A stretch of DNA of 64,000 nt from Nitrospirales bacterium (GTDB lineage: Bacteria > Nitrospirota > Nitrospiria > Nitrospirales > UBA8639): NCBI GenBank assembly GCA_963422365.1, contig OY729426.1:2336001-2400000 (forward strand), written 5' to 3'. How positions within the stretch are numbered: the first letter of the stretch is position 1; every line of letters starts with the position of its first letter. The translations under genes were made by a program, and so were the position numbers. This document shows positions 41,450-51,384 of the stretch, in pieces. Below the pieces are notes generated by a model that was not told where the DNA came from, made no database searches, and saw nothing but the letters and a program-made list of their open reading frames with translations.

Positions 41450-42403
41450 TTACGGCATTTTTGCGGTAAACCAAGTCGAGATGCCCTTCATGCCATTCCG
41501 TTCCACGTTCTGTCCATCCCAGACCGCAAACGCCACGGGGACACTTTGCCCAGCTTGGAATTGCACATCATTGGCATCATTCGTTGCCAATGCCCGCTTC
41601 ATCACCACACGCCATGTCGGACCGCTGCAGCACCCGCCTTTTAATGCACCATACGGCTCCCACAGCCCATTGCCCATCACGTCTTGAGATGCTTGCGTCG
41701 TCAATGTGCTGAACCCATTCGCATTCAGATCCTCCACTGAACTCGTTCGCAAATCTGGATCAGACATAATGTTGCCAGACCAAATCCCTGGATTAAACGG
41801 ACCAAGGCTCCGGCCGATCCGGTCAGGATAGGTTACTCCCCCTGCTGGTTCTTCATAGTAAAAGTCCCAGGCGATCGAGGGATATTGTTGATCCACATCC
41901 CACATCCCTGCCACACCAGCACCTTGGTCACGTTGCCATTCCGCATTCCAGCGCCAGATGTTCACTGTGCCACCGGATTGCCCCATACATTGGAAAGGCG
42001 GTGCCCCTGAGGTTTGGACAGGGAATTGAACTGCGATTTGATCCCGGAAATCTTGAGGCCCAATGGTAGTATTGTTCAGGGTTTGATCCCCCCAGTTGGC
42101 CCAGACCCCAATATCCTTACCGTTGGTGGCCATTTTGACCATGACGGTTTTCACCGAGATATTGGGATGCATAGGGGTGGTAATGGTTTGGCCACTCAAG
42201 GGCACCACAATGCCAGGAACCGTTTCCCATACCGGGTTAGCCCCGTCCATCGGAATCGGCCCGCTAATGCTGCCCACCGGAATCGTCACCGGTTGGCTGA
42301 CGGCCAAAGGCACTTGCCCCATCGTCAACAGCACACCGACGACCAAGGCAGAGAGAAGAATGCCGAGCACCAATCCTTTGTTACGCGTCTGCACCACTCT
42401 CAT
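41450..42403 (-). CDS. nxrC: Nitrite oxidoreductase gamma-subunit candidate (EB_dh heme b domain)
   Basis: Signal/anchor; DFRDQIAVQFP, FQCMGQ, VNIWRWNAEWQ, NGFSTLT, AFAVWDG..ERNGMK; adjacent to a TorD-like chaperone as recalled for Nitrospira; strong RBS. Confidence 0.78.
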   Translation of the reverse strand: MRVVQTRNKGLVLGILLSALVVGVLLTMGQVPLAVSQPVTIPVGSISGPIPMDGANPVWETVPGIVVPLSGQTITTPMHPNISVKTVMVKMATNGKDIGVWANWGDQTLNNTTIGPQDFRDQIAVQFPVQTSGAPPFQCMGQSGGTVNIWRWNAEWQRDQGAGVAGMWDVDQQYPSIAWDFYYEEPAGGVTYPDRIGRSLGPFNPGIWSGNIMSDPDLRTSSVEDLNANGFSTLTTQASQDVMGNGLWEPYGALKGGCCSGPTWRVVMKRALATNDANDVQFQAGQSVPVAFAVWDGQNVERNGMKGISTWFTAKMP

Positions 42404-42511
42404 AATGACGCATCCTCCTTTGATAAAGATTGAAACAAAATGAATTCGGACTGCCTACTTCCTCTAAAACAGCACTACTGATACGACTAACTTTTCTCCA
42501 CTGTTTCTGAG

Positions 42512-43486
42512 TTACGCTGTACCTGATTGACCTGTTGATGATTCTGGTTTCTCTTTATCTAAATATTCCTGAGCTCCCACCTCATTCATCAAGAGACTGA
42601 GCTCATTCCCTTTATCCTGCGCTCCACATTCGAAGGATGTCCCTTCGGGAGATATAAAATTAGCTGGACGATAGTCTGTTTCGGAATATGGTTGAGGATG
42701 CACCCCTAAATAGGCAATTTCAAAAGCCACCCATTGGAAAGTTAAATCCGCAATCATTTTATAGAAACCATATTCAGCCTTCCTCTTCAGCATGTCGGAA
42801 AATAGAGGCACCCATCTTCCCACATGTTCCTTCACAAATTTGTTCTCGGCCTCCACCACCGTCTTGAGTTTTTCAGGGCCATCATGGCACAACGCATAAG
42901 ACTCTTTGTAAGCCAGAAAATGCAAAAATTCAAGTTCCACGCTTAAATGGTCCAACCGCTCATGAATGTCTTGAGAAAGCTGGACGCCGAAGGCCGAATA
43001 GAATCCTGCAATATCTCCCATGACGTAGGATTGACCAAACACGTGATCATTCCCAAACAGGGTTTCATACGGGGGACAATCCAAGGCGATGACATTACTG
43101 AACACCCTTCGATGTTCATCTCGAAGATCTTGGATATCCCAGTTGACCCCTTCCGATGACACCCAACTCTCCACTGCGTCAAAATGGTCAGCGATACCCA
43201 GTAAGACTTCTTCGGTTTCATTATCAATGGGAGTCAGCAAGGCGACTCTCAAACTATTGAGCGCGGCTCGTCCATCCGCCACTAATTCACCACTTTGCAG
43301 ATAATCTAAAAACTCATCGTCTTCTGGATAAAGATAACTCCAGGACAGAAGAAGATAAAGCTTACTCCTTGCTAACGCGCGCTCAACGGACGGGGAATCT
43401 TTCAAGGATGACCCAACTTGCTGAGTGACGGAAGAGGTTGATGGACCATTCATTCCACTTTGCTCTTCTGTTACCTTCGTCGCCAT
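42512..43486 (-). CDS. TorD/DmsD/NarJ-family molybdoenzyme maturation chaperone
   Basis: CPPYETLF, DIAGFYSAFG, ERLDHLSVELEFLHFL, EHVGRW. Confidence 0.88.
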   Translation of the reverse strand: MATKVTEEQSGMNGPSTSSVTQQVGSSLKDSPSVERALARSKLYLLLSWSYLYPEDDEFLDYLQSGELVADGRAALNSLRVALLTPIDNETEEVLLGIADHFDAVESWVSSEGVNWDIQDLRDEHRRVFSNVIALDCPPYETLFGNDHVFGQSYVMGDIAGFYSAFGVQLSQDIHERLDHLSVELEFLHFLAYKESYALCHDGPEKLKTVVEAENKFVKEHVGRWVPLFSDMLKRKAEYGFYKMIADLTFQWVAFEIAYLGVHPQPYSETDYRPANFISPEGTSFECGAQDKGNELSLLMNEVGAQEYLDKEKPESSTGQSGTA

Positions 43487-43588
43487 AGAACCTCTCTTCT
43501 CTCGACGGGAACAGGATTCATTTTTGATCCCTTGGTTCCCAATGGATAGAGCTCCTCCTAGCAATTAACTCCACCAAGAGTACGAATC

Positions 43589-43619
43589 CGATAATAGGCC
43601 AACTGATTATCGAAGTCAA
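43589..43619 (-). promoter_or_regulatory. sigma70 promoter with overlapping palindromic operator upstream of chaperone-nxrC
   Basis: TTGACT-17 bp-TATTAT; perfect inverted repeat CGATAAT-N10-ATTATCG at 43589-43612. Confidence 0.65.
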
Positions 43620-43686
43620 GGTCTAAAACCAGTCAAAAATGAGGTTAGCATAGTAAAACAAGCATGGCTTTGTGACCATTTCACCT

Positions 43687-43706
43687 TGAAGGTAAGTGAA
43701 GGTAAG
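43687..43706. repeat. 10-bp tandem direct repeat, possible activator site
   Basis: TGAAGGTAAG x2, about 70 bp upstream of the -35. Confidence 0.55.
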
Positions 43707-43714
43707 ATCTAAAC

Positions 43715-44386
43715 CTAAGGTAATGCACCTAATCTCACCGGAGAGACTTTTATCGCAGTCTGATCATTCACCGTCTTACAAATATATTCACAAATCCCGC
43801 ACCCTACACAAAGGTTCCCCTCAACCCGAATGGCTATAGAAGCAAAGTCCATTGTAATGGCCCGAGTGGGGCACTGTGCCACACAAGCGTTACAGCCTTG
43901 CCCCGCCGTACAAATCCTTTGAGAAACAACGGCGATTCCCATGTTAATTTCTTTGAGGCCCCCAACCGGCCGAAGTGCCTCTGGTTCACAGGCTGTGATA
44001 CAAGGCAAATCTTCACAGAGGTAACATGGTTTTTCATCCGGATAGATGATGGGAGTTTCTCTCCGATAACGAACCTCGGAGACATGATTTTCTGCGAGGA
44101 CGCGAATACTCTCATGCGGGCAGACATCGACACACTCACCACAGCCTGTGCAACTCTCAAGAAATTGGGCTTCCTCAAGAGCACCAGGAGGCCGCAACCA
44201 ATCGGTTCGTATTTTCTCTGGGTTTCCCTCCTTGGTATCTTCCGCATCCCGATGCTTGACATATTCATGCACCGTGACACCTAGAGAAACCACACTCTGC
44301 TTTAGAAAATTTCTTCGTCCGTAGGACGGTTCAGAATTTTTTGAAGACCCTGAGGAAGATGGTGCCATGCACTCGCCGTCTTTCAT
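43715..44386 (-). CDS. NapF/NapG/MauM-like 4x[4Fe-4S] ferredoxin
   Basis: RRNFLK, LRPPGA, CTGCGECVDVCP, CYLC...CITAC, C....CNACVAQCP, CVGCGICEYIC. Confidence 0.88.
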   Translation of the reverse strand: MKDGECMAPSSSGSSKNSEPSYGRRNFLKQSVVSLGVTVHEYVKHRDAEDTKEGNPEKIRTDWLRPPGALEEAQFLESCTGCGECVDVCPHESIRVLAENHVSEVRYRRETPIIYPDEKPCYLCEDLPCITACEPEALRPVGGLKEINMGIAVVSQRICTAGQGCNACVAQCPTRAITMDFASIAIRVEGNLCVGCGICEYICKTVNDQTAIKVSPVRLGALP

Positions 44387-44420
44387 GCTGTCAACTTGTT
44401 ACGCCTAGTGGCCTCGTCAC

Positions 44421-45422
44421 CTAGACAACACCAGCGGCACGAAGCCTGTACACCTCTACGCAGCGGTCACAAGCCCCATACTCGACATCCCACCCTGGAT
44501 GATTTTCCCTGATATAATCCAATACGTACGGTTCAACTTTTTCTTCCATATCCTCAACCCAGGAATAGGTGGGAAAGCGACAGAGAGGACACGGAAACCC
44601 CGGTATCAGCATGGGTTTGGTAGGAACATCTGGTGGGATCTCACCCTCTTCGACTTCAACAGCCCGTTCCATCACCCGAAGGGTATCTTGAGACATTTCT
44701 ACTAATTCAGCATGGGTGAAATACTCCGTCTGCCAGAGCCCCTCGAACACCGATTCCACTTGGGTGGGAGGGATCTTTCGATACCAAGATCGAAATTCAC
44801 GCAAGCGGTATTCCCGACTAAACATCGGGTCTTTCCCCAATCGCGCGATTCGACTATCGACATGCAAACTCCACAGAACGCGATACCGATTGAGGATGAG
44901 ATGCTCTTCACCCGGATTCATGCCAACTTTCGTGTCAGGATCGTATCCGAAAACAGGATCTAGCATGTCGAAGATATGTGTCAATTCATGGCGCAGATAT
45001 CTGTTAATGGCCGGATCGTAAAAGCGTCGCGGAATCAGTTTAATCCCTACGCCCTTCTGGCCCTTTTCCTCAAATTGCCGAGCCAGTTTCTCCTCCACTG
45101 TCCCCCATTTTCTGAGGATGTCCACACCTTCTTGATCTTCTTTGAGCACGCCTCGAACGAGGACAATGCCAACCTTTTCTTTTAAGTCGGAAAATTCATC
45201 AAAGCCATCTCTCAAGATGTCGGCAAAGCCCCATTTGGCAAAGAGGTGCTGATACAATTTTTTGAATTCAGGCTCCCGATCGTCCAGGGAAAATTTCTCG
45301 TAAACCGGATCGGCCAATTCATGGAACTCATTGTAATAGGTGGGGTCTCCCTCACGCTCAGTTTTTTCGGCAAAAGAATCAATGACCTCTTGAAGCAAAG
45401 CCGGCTGAAATCGGATTTCCAT
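44421..45422 (-). CDS. Hypothetical protein with HExxH motif and C-terminal Cys4 finger
   Basis: LRHELTHI; CPLC...CDRC; RBS AAGGAG; operonic with the ferredoxin. Confidence 0.78.
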   Translation of the reverse strand: MEIRFQPALLQEVIDSFAEKTEREGDPTYYNEFHELADPVYEKFSLDDREPEFKKLYQHLFAKWGFADILRDGFDEFSDLKEKVGIVLVRGVLKEDQEGVDILRKWGTVEEKLARQFEEKGQKGVGIKLIPRRFYDPAINRYLRHELTHIFDMLDPVFGYDPDTKVGMNPGEEHLILNRYRVLWSLHVDSRIARLGKDPMFSREYRLREFRSWYRKIPPTQVESVFEGLWQTEYFTHAELVEMSQDTLRVMERAVEVEEGEIPPDVPTKPMLIPGFPCPLCRFPTYSWVEDMEEKVEPYVLDYIRENHPGWDVEYGACDRCVEVYRLRAAGVV

Positions 45423-45565
45423 CCTCTCACTCCTTACCTGGTTCAACTAAATTGAAGGACCGTGACAACGAAAAAACGAATCGAAAACATCTTCTGTCGC
45501 ATCCTGTACCTGCTTGACGACACATGTAACGGCTCGCTAGTATTCTTTTCCAGAAATGTCGGTGC

Positions 45566-45601
45566 ATTATAGTCGGGGCCTTTTTTCATACGCAAGGCCC
45601 C
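45566..45601 (-). promoter_or_regulatory. sigma70 promoter with inverted repeat around -35 in divergent intergenic region
   Basis: TTGCGT-18 bp-TATAAT; GGGGCCTT-N11-AAGGCCCC at 45575-45601. Confidence 0.5.
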
Positions 45602-45636
45602 ATTGATAGAGATCACGCTGAAAGGATGTCCGTTTT

Positions 45637-46740
45637 ATGAATCAGCCTCATGCCCCGTCCCCAAACATGGCACTATCGACTCTCCAGGGAGAACCAAGAC
45701 CTGACGCACCGCCTATCGATGCCCTGGAGTATTGGAAAGCCGGCATTCAAGAAATCAGAACCTTTCGAGGACATTCTCACGGTGTCTGGGATGTGGCGTG
45801 TTCCCCTGACGGGTTGACGCTCGTGAGCGGAGGCGCAGATCGTTTCCTTCGCATCTGGGAAATTGAAACCGGTCGCCTTCTCAAATCCCTGAAAGGACAC
45901 ACCAATGATATCCGTCAAGTCGCCTTTAGTCCCGATGGCCAAACACTCGCAACCGGCAGTGACGACAGAACCATTCGACTTTGGAACCCGCACACAGGAG
46001 AAACGACCCGGCTTCTTTTTACCCAATATGATCACGCAGTCGCCAGCCTGTCCTTTTCCCCCGATGGCCTGATGCTGGCTCGGGCCGGACAAAATAAAGA
46101 TATAAAAATCTGGGAAATCACCACCGGTACCGAATTAATGACGCTCCTCGGCAAAGATCAATATGACCATCATTGGACGGTCTGCACGGCATTTTCTCCC
46201 GATGGTATCCATCTGGTAGGCGGAAGCGACATCGGCAAATTGAAGTTGTACGAAGTCCTTCCGAGCGGAGAAGAGAGACTCGTTCATAATGGCCATTGGC
46301 GTGATGAGCCCGACGATGAGGAGACGGAACAACGAGGATTTTTTGTCGATGAACAGGGAGGGTTTCAAAAGCCGATGGCGTATTGGATAGGAGCTATTGC
46401 TTTTACGCCCGATGGGAAAACGATGATGACGGGAAGTCGAGACGCGACGATCAAATATTTTGAGATGCCCGATATGAAAGAGGTCCAAACCGTGAAAGGA
46501 CATTCTGAATGGGTTCGAAGGTTGCTCGTTTCCCCGGATGGGAAACTCTTGGTGAGCTGTAGTGACGACCACACCATTAAAATGTGGGACCTTCAGACCA
46601 AAAGACAGGTTCGCGTGATCAAGGACCACAAAGGACCCGTTCGGGGGATTGCCTTTTCTCCAGACGCCCGGTATCTCGCCAGTGCCTCTTGGGACCGTAC
46701 GGTGAAATTTTGGAAAGGAGGAGACAGATCAGAAGGGTAA
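45637..46740 (+). CDS. WD40-repeat protein
   Basis: About 7 GH...FSPDG...D.TI..W repeats, with an acidic insertion. Confidence 0.92.
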   Translation: MNQPHAPSPNMALSTLQGEPRPDAPPIDALEYWKAGIQEIRTFRGHSHGVWDVACSPDGLTLVSGGADRFLRIWEIETGRLLKSLKGHTNDIRQVAFSPDGQTLATGSDDRTIRLWNPHTGETTRLLFTQYDHAVASLSFSPDGLMLARAGQNKDIKIWEITTGTELMTLLGKDQYDHHWTVCTAFSPDGIHLVGGSDIGKLKLYEVLPSGEERLVHNGHWRDEPDDEETEQRGFFVDEQGGFQKPMAYWIGAIAFTPDGKTMMTGSRDATIKYFEMPDMKEVQTVKGHSEWVRRLLVSPDGKLLVSCSDDHTIKMWDLQTKRQVRVIKDHKGPVRGIAFSPDARYLASASWDRTVKFWKGGDRSEG

Positions 46741-46771
46741 ACGCATTCAAAGTCCCACTTTCATCTGATAA

Positions 46772-48205
46772 CTACTCCTCACCGCCGTCAGTGTCAGGGG
46801 TTGAAATACCGTATCGCTTACATTTTTCCCACAAGGCTTTTCGCGAAAGGCCCAAGGATTTTGATGCAGCGGTTCGACTCCATCCTTCCCGTACCAACAC
46901 GGCCGAGATATAATCCCGTTCGCAACGTTCTCGCACTTCAGCGAGCGTGCCTTTAGGCCGAGTGTTCGTGACATTCACCAACCCTTCCTGACAAAACCCG
47001 CACCCAGATTGCGAAGGCCCTCCCAAAAAATGGCACTCCGTCTGTCCACAGAGATCCCAGACCTGAATTTCCTCCCGCTCCTGCGCTAACGCCACCGCCC
47101 GTTCAATCGTATTTTCCAGTTCGCGAACATTTCCTGGAAAGGAATAACGGAGTAACACTTCACGGGCCGAGGAAGAAACCCCTTTCATGGCATGAGAGAT
47201 CCGACTCGTACTCTGTTGCAGAAGATGATTCGCCAGAATCAGAATATCCTCTCTCCGTTCCCTCAGGGGCGGTAGGACCACTTGCACGACGTTTAATCGA
47301 TAGAACAGATCTTCACGAAATCGGCCAGCTTCGACTTCCTTTTGTAAATTTTTTTGTGTGGCGCATACCAGCCGAACATCGCTTTCAATCGTCTCCATCC
47401 CCCCTACCCGTTCAAACCGCCGTTCTTGCAAGACCCGAAGCAATTTCACTTGAACCATCGGGGAAATTTCCCCAATTTCATCTAAAAACAAGGTGCCTTT
47501 ATGGGCTAATTCAAACCGACCAAGCCGTTGTTTGAAGGCTCCGGTAAAGGCCCCCTTCTCATGGCCAAATAATTCTGCTTCCAGCAGGGTTTCCGGCAAG
47601 GCCGCGCAGCTGACCTTGATTAAGGCCTGTTCGCATCTTGGGCTGTTTCGATGGATGGCATTGGCAACGAGTTCTTTCCCTGTGCCGCTTTCGCCAGAAA
47701 TCAACATCGTGGCATCTGTGGTGGCCACTAATTTGACTTTTTCCAATACCTGCCGCATCTGTTCGTTTTTGCCGACAATGCCATCGAAATTGAACTTCCC
47801 CTCGAGTTCCTGTCGAAGGGCCATGTTTTCCTGACGCAACGCCTGCACCTTGGTCACTCGATCCACCGTCAACAAGAATTCATCCATGGAAAAAGGCTTG
47901 GTGATATAATCATGGGCCCCAAGTTTCATGGCTTGGACCGCCGTATCAACCGAGCCATGTGCGGTAATGACAATGACTTCGGTTTCAGGAGAACACTCCT
48001 TACACAGCTGTACGACTTGTAGACCATCACTTCCAGGCATTTTCAAATCCGTAATCACCAAATCGTATCGACTCGCTTTGGTTTTTTTGATGCCTTCCTC
48101 GCCATTGGACGCTTCTTGAACTTCATACCCCTCGGCTTCGAGCGCATCTAACATGGACAACCGCATCAGCGGCTCATCATCAATGATTAAGACCGATCGA
48201 GTCAT
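46772..48205 (-). CDS. sigma54-dependent response regulator (NtrC family)
   Basis: Receiver (IIDDE, TDLKMP, KPF), GESGTGKE, GAFTGA, LFLDE, Fis-type HTH; extra Cys4 linker. Confidence 0.95.
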   Translation of the reverse strand: MTRSVLIIDDEPLMRLSMLDALEAEGYEVQEASNGEEGIKKTKASRYDLVITDLKMPGSDGLQVVQLCKECSPETEVIVITAHGSVDTAVQAMKLGAHDYITKPFSMDEFLLTVDRVTKVQALRQENMALRQELEGKFNFDGIVGKNEQMRQVLEKVKLVATTDATMLISGESGTGKELVANAIHRNSPRCEQALIKVSCAALPETLLEAELFGHEKGAFTGAFKQRLGRFELAHKGTLFLDEIGEISPMVQVKLLRVLQERRFERVGGMETIESDVRLVCATQKNLQKEVEAGRFREDLFYRLNVVQVVLPPLRERREDILILANHLLQQSTSRISHAMKGVSSSAREVLLRYSFPGNVRELENTIERAVALAQEREEIQVWDLCGQTECHFLGGPSQSGCGFCQEGLVNVTNTRPKGTLAEVRERCERDYISAVLVREGWSRTAASKSLGLSRKALWEKCKRYGISTPDTDGGEE

Positions 48206-51200
48206 CAGGAAACCTTCCCCACCGAGACTCTGTTGGCACTCAGGGGAAGGCTCACGGTAAAGACGGTTCCCTTTCCGACCTCACTTCCCACGGTCAATTG
48301 CCCGCCATGTCGTTCAACAATTCCCAAACTCACCGACAAGCCGAGCCCCGTCCCCTCGCCCGTGCCCTTCGTGGTAAAAAAGGGATCAAAAATATGAGGG
48401 CGGACCTCAGGGGAAATGCCCGATCCAGTATCCACCACATCGATCTCGCAGCGGTCATTGCCCATCCGAGTGTGCAAGATGATCGATCCTCCCTCTTCGG
48501 TGGCCTGAACCGCATTGAGAATCAAATTGGTTAACACCTGCTCAATCATTTGCGGATCGACAAACAAAGGCTGCAGGTCGTGTTCATAGACCTTGTGCAA
48601 CTGAAGACCTTTCTCGGCGATTGCATGATTCGTCAGGACCAAAACGCGATCGACCAAGCCATTCATGTCATTCATGGAAAATTCAGGCTCGTGTTGTTGA
48701 GAAAAATCTAATAATTGACGAATGATTTTTTGGGCACGCCGCAGCCCGTCTTCCATATACGTGACATATTTTTCCTGACGCTCTGGCGGCAACGTCCCTT
48801 TCCGAATATTGTAGAGACAATTTAAAATCCCACCTAACGGGTTGTTAATTTCATGCGCAACCCCCGCAGCCAGCTTCCCAACGGAGGCAAGACGTTCGGT
48901 GTTTCGAAATTGCTGTTCCATGACTTTTCTGTCTGTAATATCTCGAGCAATGCCCAGGACACCGATCACGCGGTGCCGTTCATTTTCCAGTGGCGACACG
49001 CTTACGAGCACCGACCGAAGCTCCCCACTTCGACTAATTACCTCCACTTCGTATTCCTGCTTGACTTCCACCTCAAGGATATCTTTAAGGCGACGACCGC
49101 GGTGGCGCTTCGCGAGTAAGGTCAGAAACGGTCGGCCCAGTAAATCTTCTTTGCAATAGCCCCAGTTTTCCACCTTGCTATTCACATAGGTAAATCGTTG
49201 ATCACGATCGAGGGTATAAATCACATCGTTGGCATTTTCAAGCAGACTTTCTAAGTACTTTTGCGTTTCTTGAATCTCCCGTGTCCGTTTTTGGACTTTC
49301 ACCTCAAGTTCTTCACGATACCGCTGGAGTTGCTCTTCTAACAGCTTTCGCTCTGTAATATCACGGAGCTGCACCATCACTGAAAGAGTCGAACCCTCTC
49401 CCACACGAATCACATCCATTTCTACCGATCGCCGTATTTGTTGGGCATCAAATACTTCCAATTCGGTAGCAGGGACTTTTTCTTCATTCGAAACCACCGT
49501 TTCGAATAACTGCGTGACCGTCTCTTTATATGAGTCCGGCACGAGCGTCAGTAAGGACTGAGAGAGTAATCCAGCTTGTGCATAGCCAAACACCTCTTGT
49601 TCGCGTTCATTCACGGCAATAATAACACCGGATGGATCCACCATGAATATCGAATCTGCGGATCGATTAAAGAGCACACGATACCGCTGCTCCGATTCAG
49701 AGAGTTGTTGTGTTTGGTCAGCGACCTCTTTCTCCAAGTGGGTGGTATATTGATTAATTTGTTGTTGAAGGACCTTCCGTTCGGTGATATCTCTGACAAA
49801 CGCACGCGTGTAGACCAAGTCACCCGTTTCTGAATCAATCAAGGCCGTGGAATGAATTTCAACATCAATCGGAGTGCCGTGTTTTGTGAGAAATACCGTT
49901 TCAATAGTGCTCCGTGGTTGGTTGAGCAACCGCCTGACATAATCAAGCGTTTCCGCTTTCCTCTCAGTAGGGAGAATGTCCCACAAATGCATTGAGAGCA
50001 TTTCTGCCAATGTGAATCCTAACTTTTCTAATTCAGTTTTATTGATATGAACAAAACGCCCGGTTTTGTCGATTTGATGAATCATTTCAGGAGAATTCTC
50101 AATCAGATCACGGTATCGTTCCTCGAGATGACGGATTTCTGCCATTTGCGTATTCAATTGCGAAAACGACTGTTTCAGATCGACTGCCATTTTATTAAAG
50201 GCATTGGCAAGCGCTTCAATTTCATCGCCGGTCTTCAACACGAGGGGATGATCCCAATTCCCCACGCCGATTCGCTGCACGCCTTCATGCAAGGTTTGAA
50301 TCGGACTCACAATTTTTCGCGCCACAATAAGCCCTGCCAACCACAGAACACCCAACACAATGACGCCATACGTCACAACCTTCACCAGTAATTGTTGCAA
50401 GGGGGCATAGGTCTCCTCAGGAGACTGCCGAACAATTGTCAGCCACTGTCTGCCCAGAAAACTCTCAGCAGCTAACGTTTCCGGAATCCGTAAATGGGCA
50501 TACCCAACCAGTGAATCCCTGGCTCCATGGGTATCTTGCGCCACCTGAACCCATCCTGCCTGCTCCTTGTTAATGGCCTTCACCATGACTGGATTCACGG
50601 TGTGTTGTTCCAGTGACAACACCGGACAAATCAAGGGAGTCCCATCCACATCGATGAGCATGGCATGGCCGGTGACCCCTGCAGTCACCTCGGAAATCGA
50701 GCGAAACAACGAATCCCTGCGAAGCAAAATACTGACGGTCCCTAACGCTTGATGGCGATTTTGATCAAAAATAGGCACGGCCACGTTCAGCACATGGGTT
50801 CCAAATGAAGGCTCAAAGCTCAAATCACTCACGTAAATCTGACCGTGTCCTTGCTGAAAGGCCGCTTCCCACCATTCCATGTCACCATGATAAAACCTCA
50901 CTTGAGGCAAGGAACTGAGAACCAAGGCTCCTTGGTTATCGGTCACCAAAATCCCTAAATAGTCAGACTTTCTGACGGCATGCCAATCAATGAGGTAATT
51001 CGTCGCAATCCGGTTCACAAAGACGGGAAATTCATGAGGGTTTTTTCGGGCCAGCCAACGTTCTTTCCATTCTTCGATAAAGGCCTTGATTTTTTCAGGC
51101 TCTCTCCCTTCATAACTTCGATTCGCTTCCCTCACCGCGGCACGAATAAAAGGAATGGTGGCCAATTGTTGAGCCTCATTAATACCCCGCATGATTTGCG

Positions 51201-51384
51201 TCTCAATCTTTCGCGCCACTTCAACCGCAATGCCCTTAAAGTTTGAACCCATAATTTCTCGAAGCGCTCGGCGCTCTTCCACGTAAGTCAGACATAACGA
51301 AAGGGCAAGAGGAAGCAGTCCAACTAGCACCATCCCTAGAATGGTTTTACGCTGGAGACTCTGTGACCAAATCCACCGTTTCAT
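48205..51384 (-). CDS. Sensor histidine kinase (periplasmic Cache-like, HAMP, 3 PAS)
   Basis: Two TM segments, DEIEALANAFNKM HAMP, three RDIT(E/D)RK PAS ends, AHEINNPL H-box, N/G1/F/G2 boxes. Confidence 0.93.
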   Translation of the reverse strand: MKRWIWSQSLQRKTILGMVLVGLLPLALSLCLTYVEERRALREIMGSNFKGIAVEVARKIETQIMRGINEAQQLATIPFIRAAVREANRSYEGREPEKIKAFIEEWKERWLARKNPHEFPVFVNRIATNYLIDWHAVRKSDYLGILVTDNQGALVLSSLPQVRFYHGDMEWWEAAFQQGHGQIYVSDLSFEPSFGTHVLNVAVPIFDQNRHQALGTVSILLRRDSLFRSISEVTAGVTGHAMLIDVDGTPLICPVLSLEQHTVNPVMVKAINKEQAGWVQVAQDTHGARDSLVGYAHLRIPETLAAESFLGRQWLTIVRQSPEETYAPLQQLLVKVVTYGVIVLGVLWLAGLIVARKIVSPIQTLHEGVQRIGVGNWDHPLVLKTGDEIEALANAFNKMAVDLKQSFSQLNTQMAEIRHLEERYRDLIENSPEMIHQIDKTGRFVHINKTELEKLGFTLAEMLSMHLWDILPTERKAETLDYVRRLLNQPRSTIETVFLTKHGTPIDVEIHSTALIDSETGDLVYTRAFVRDITERKVLQQQINQYTTHLEKEVADQTQQLSESEQRYRVLFNRSADSIFMVDPSGVIIAVNEREQEVFGYAQAGLLSQSLLTLVPDSYKETVTQLFETVVSNEEKVPATELEVFDAQQIRRSVEMDVIRVGEGSTLSVMVQLRDITERKLLEEQLQRYREELEVKVQKRTREIQETQKYLESLLENANDVIYTLDRDQRFTYVNSKVENWGYCKEDLLGRPFLTLLAKRHRGRRLKDILEVEVKQEYEVEVISRSGELRSVLVSVSPLENERHRVIGVLGIARDITDRKVMEQQFRNTERLASVGKLAAGVAHEINNPLGGILNCLYNIRKGTLPPERQEKYVTYMEDGLRRAQKIIRQLLDFSQQHEPEFSMNDMNGLVDRVLVLTNHAIAEKGLQLHKVYEHDLQPLFVDPQMIEQVLTNLILNAVQATEEGGSIILHTRMGNDRCEIDVVDTGSGISPEVRPHIFDPFFTTKGTGEGTGLGLSVSLGIVERHGGQLTVGSEVGKGTVFTVSLPLSANRVSVGKVS

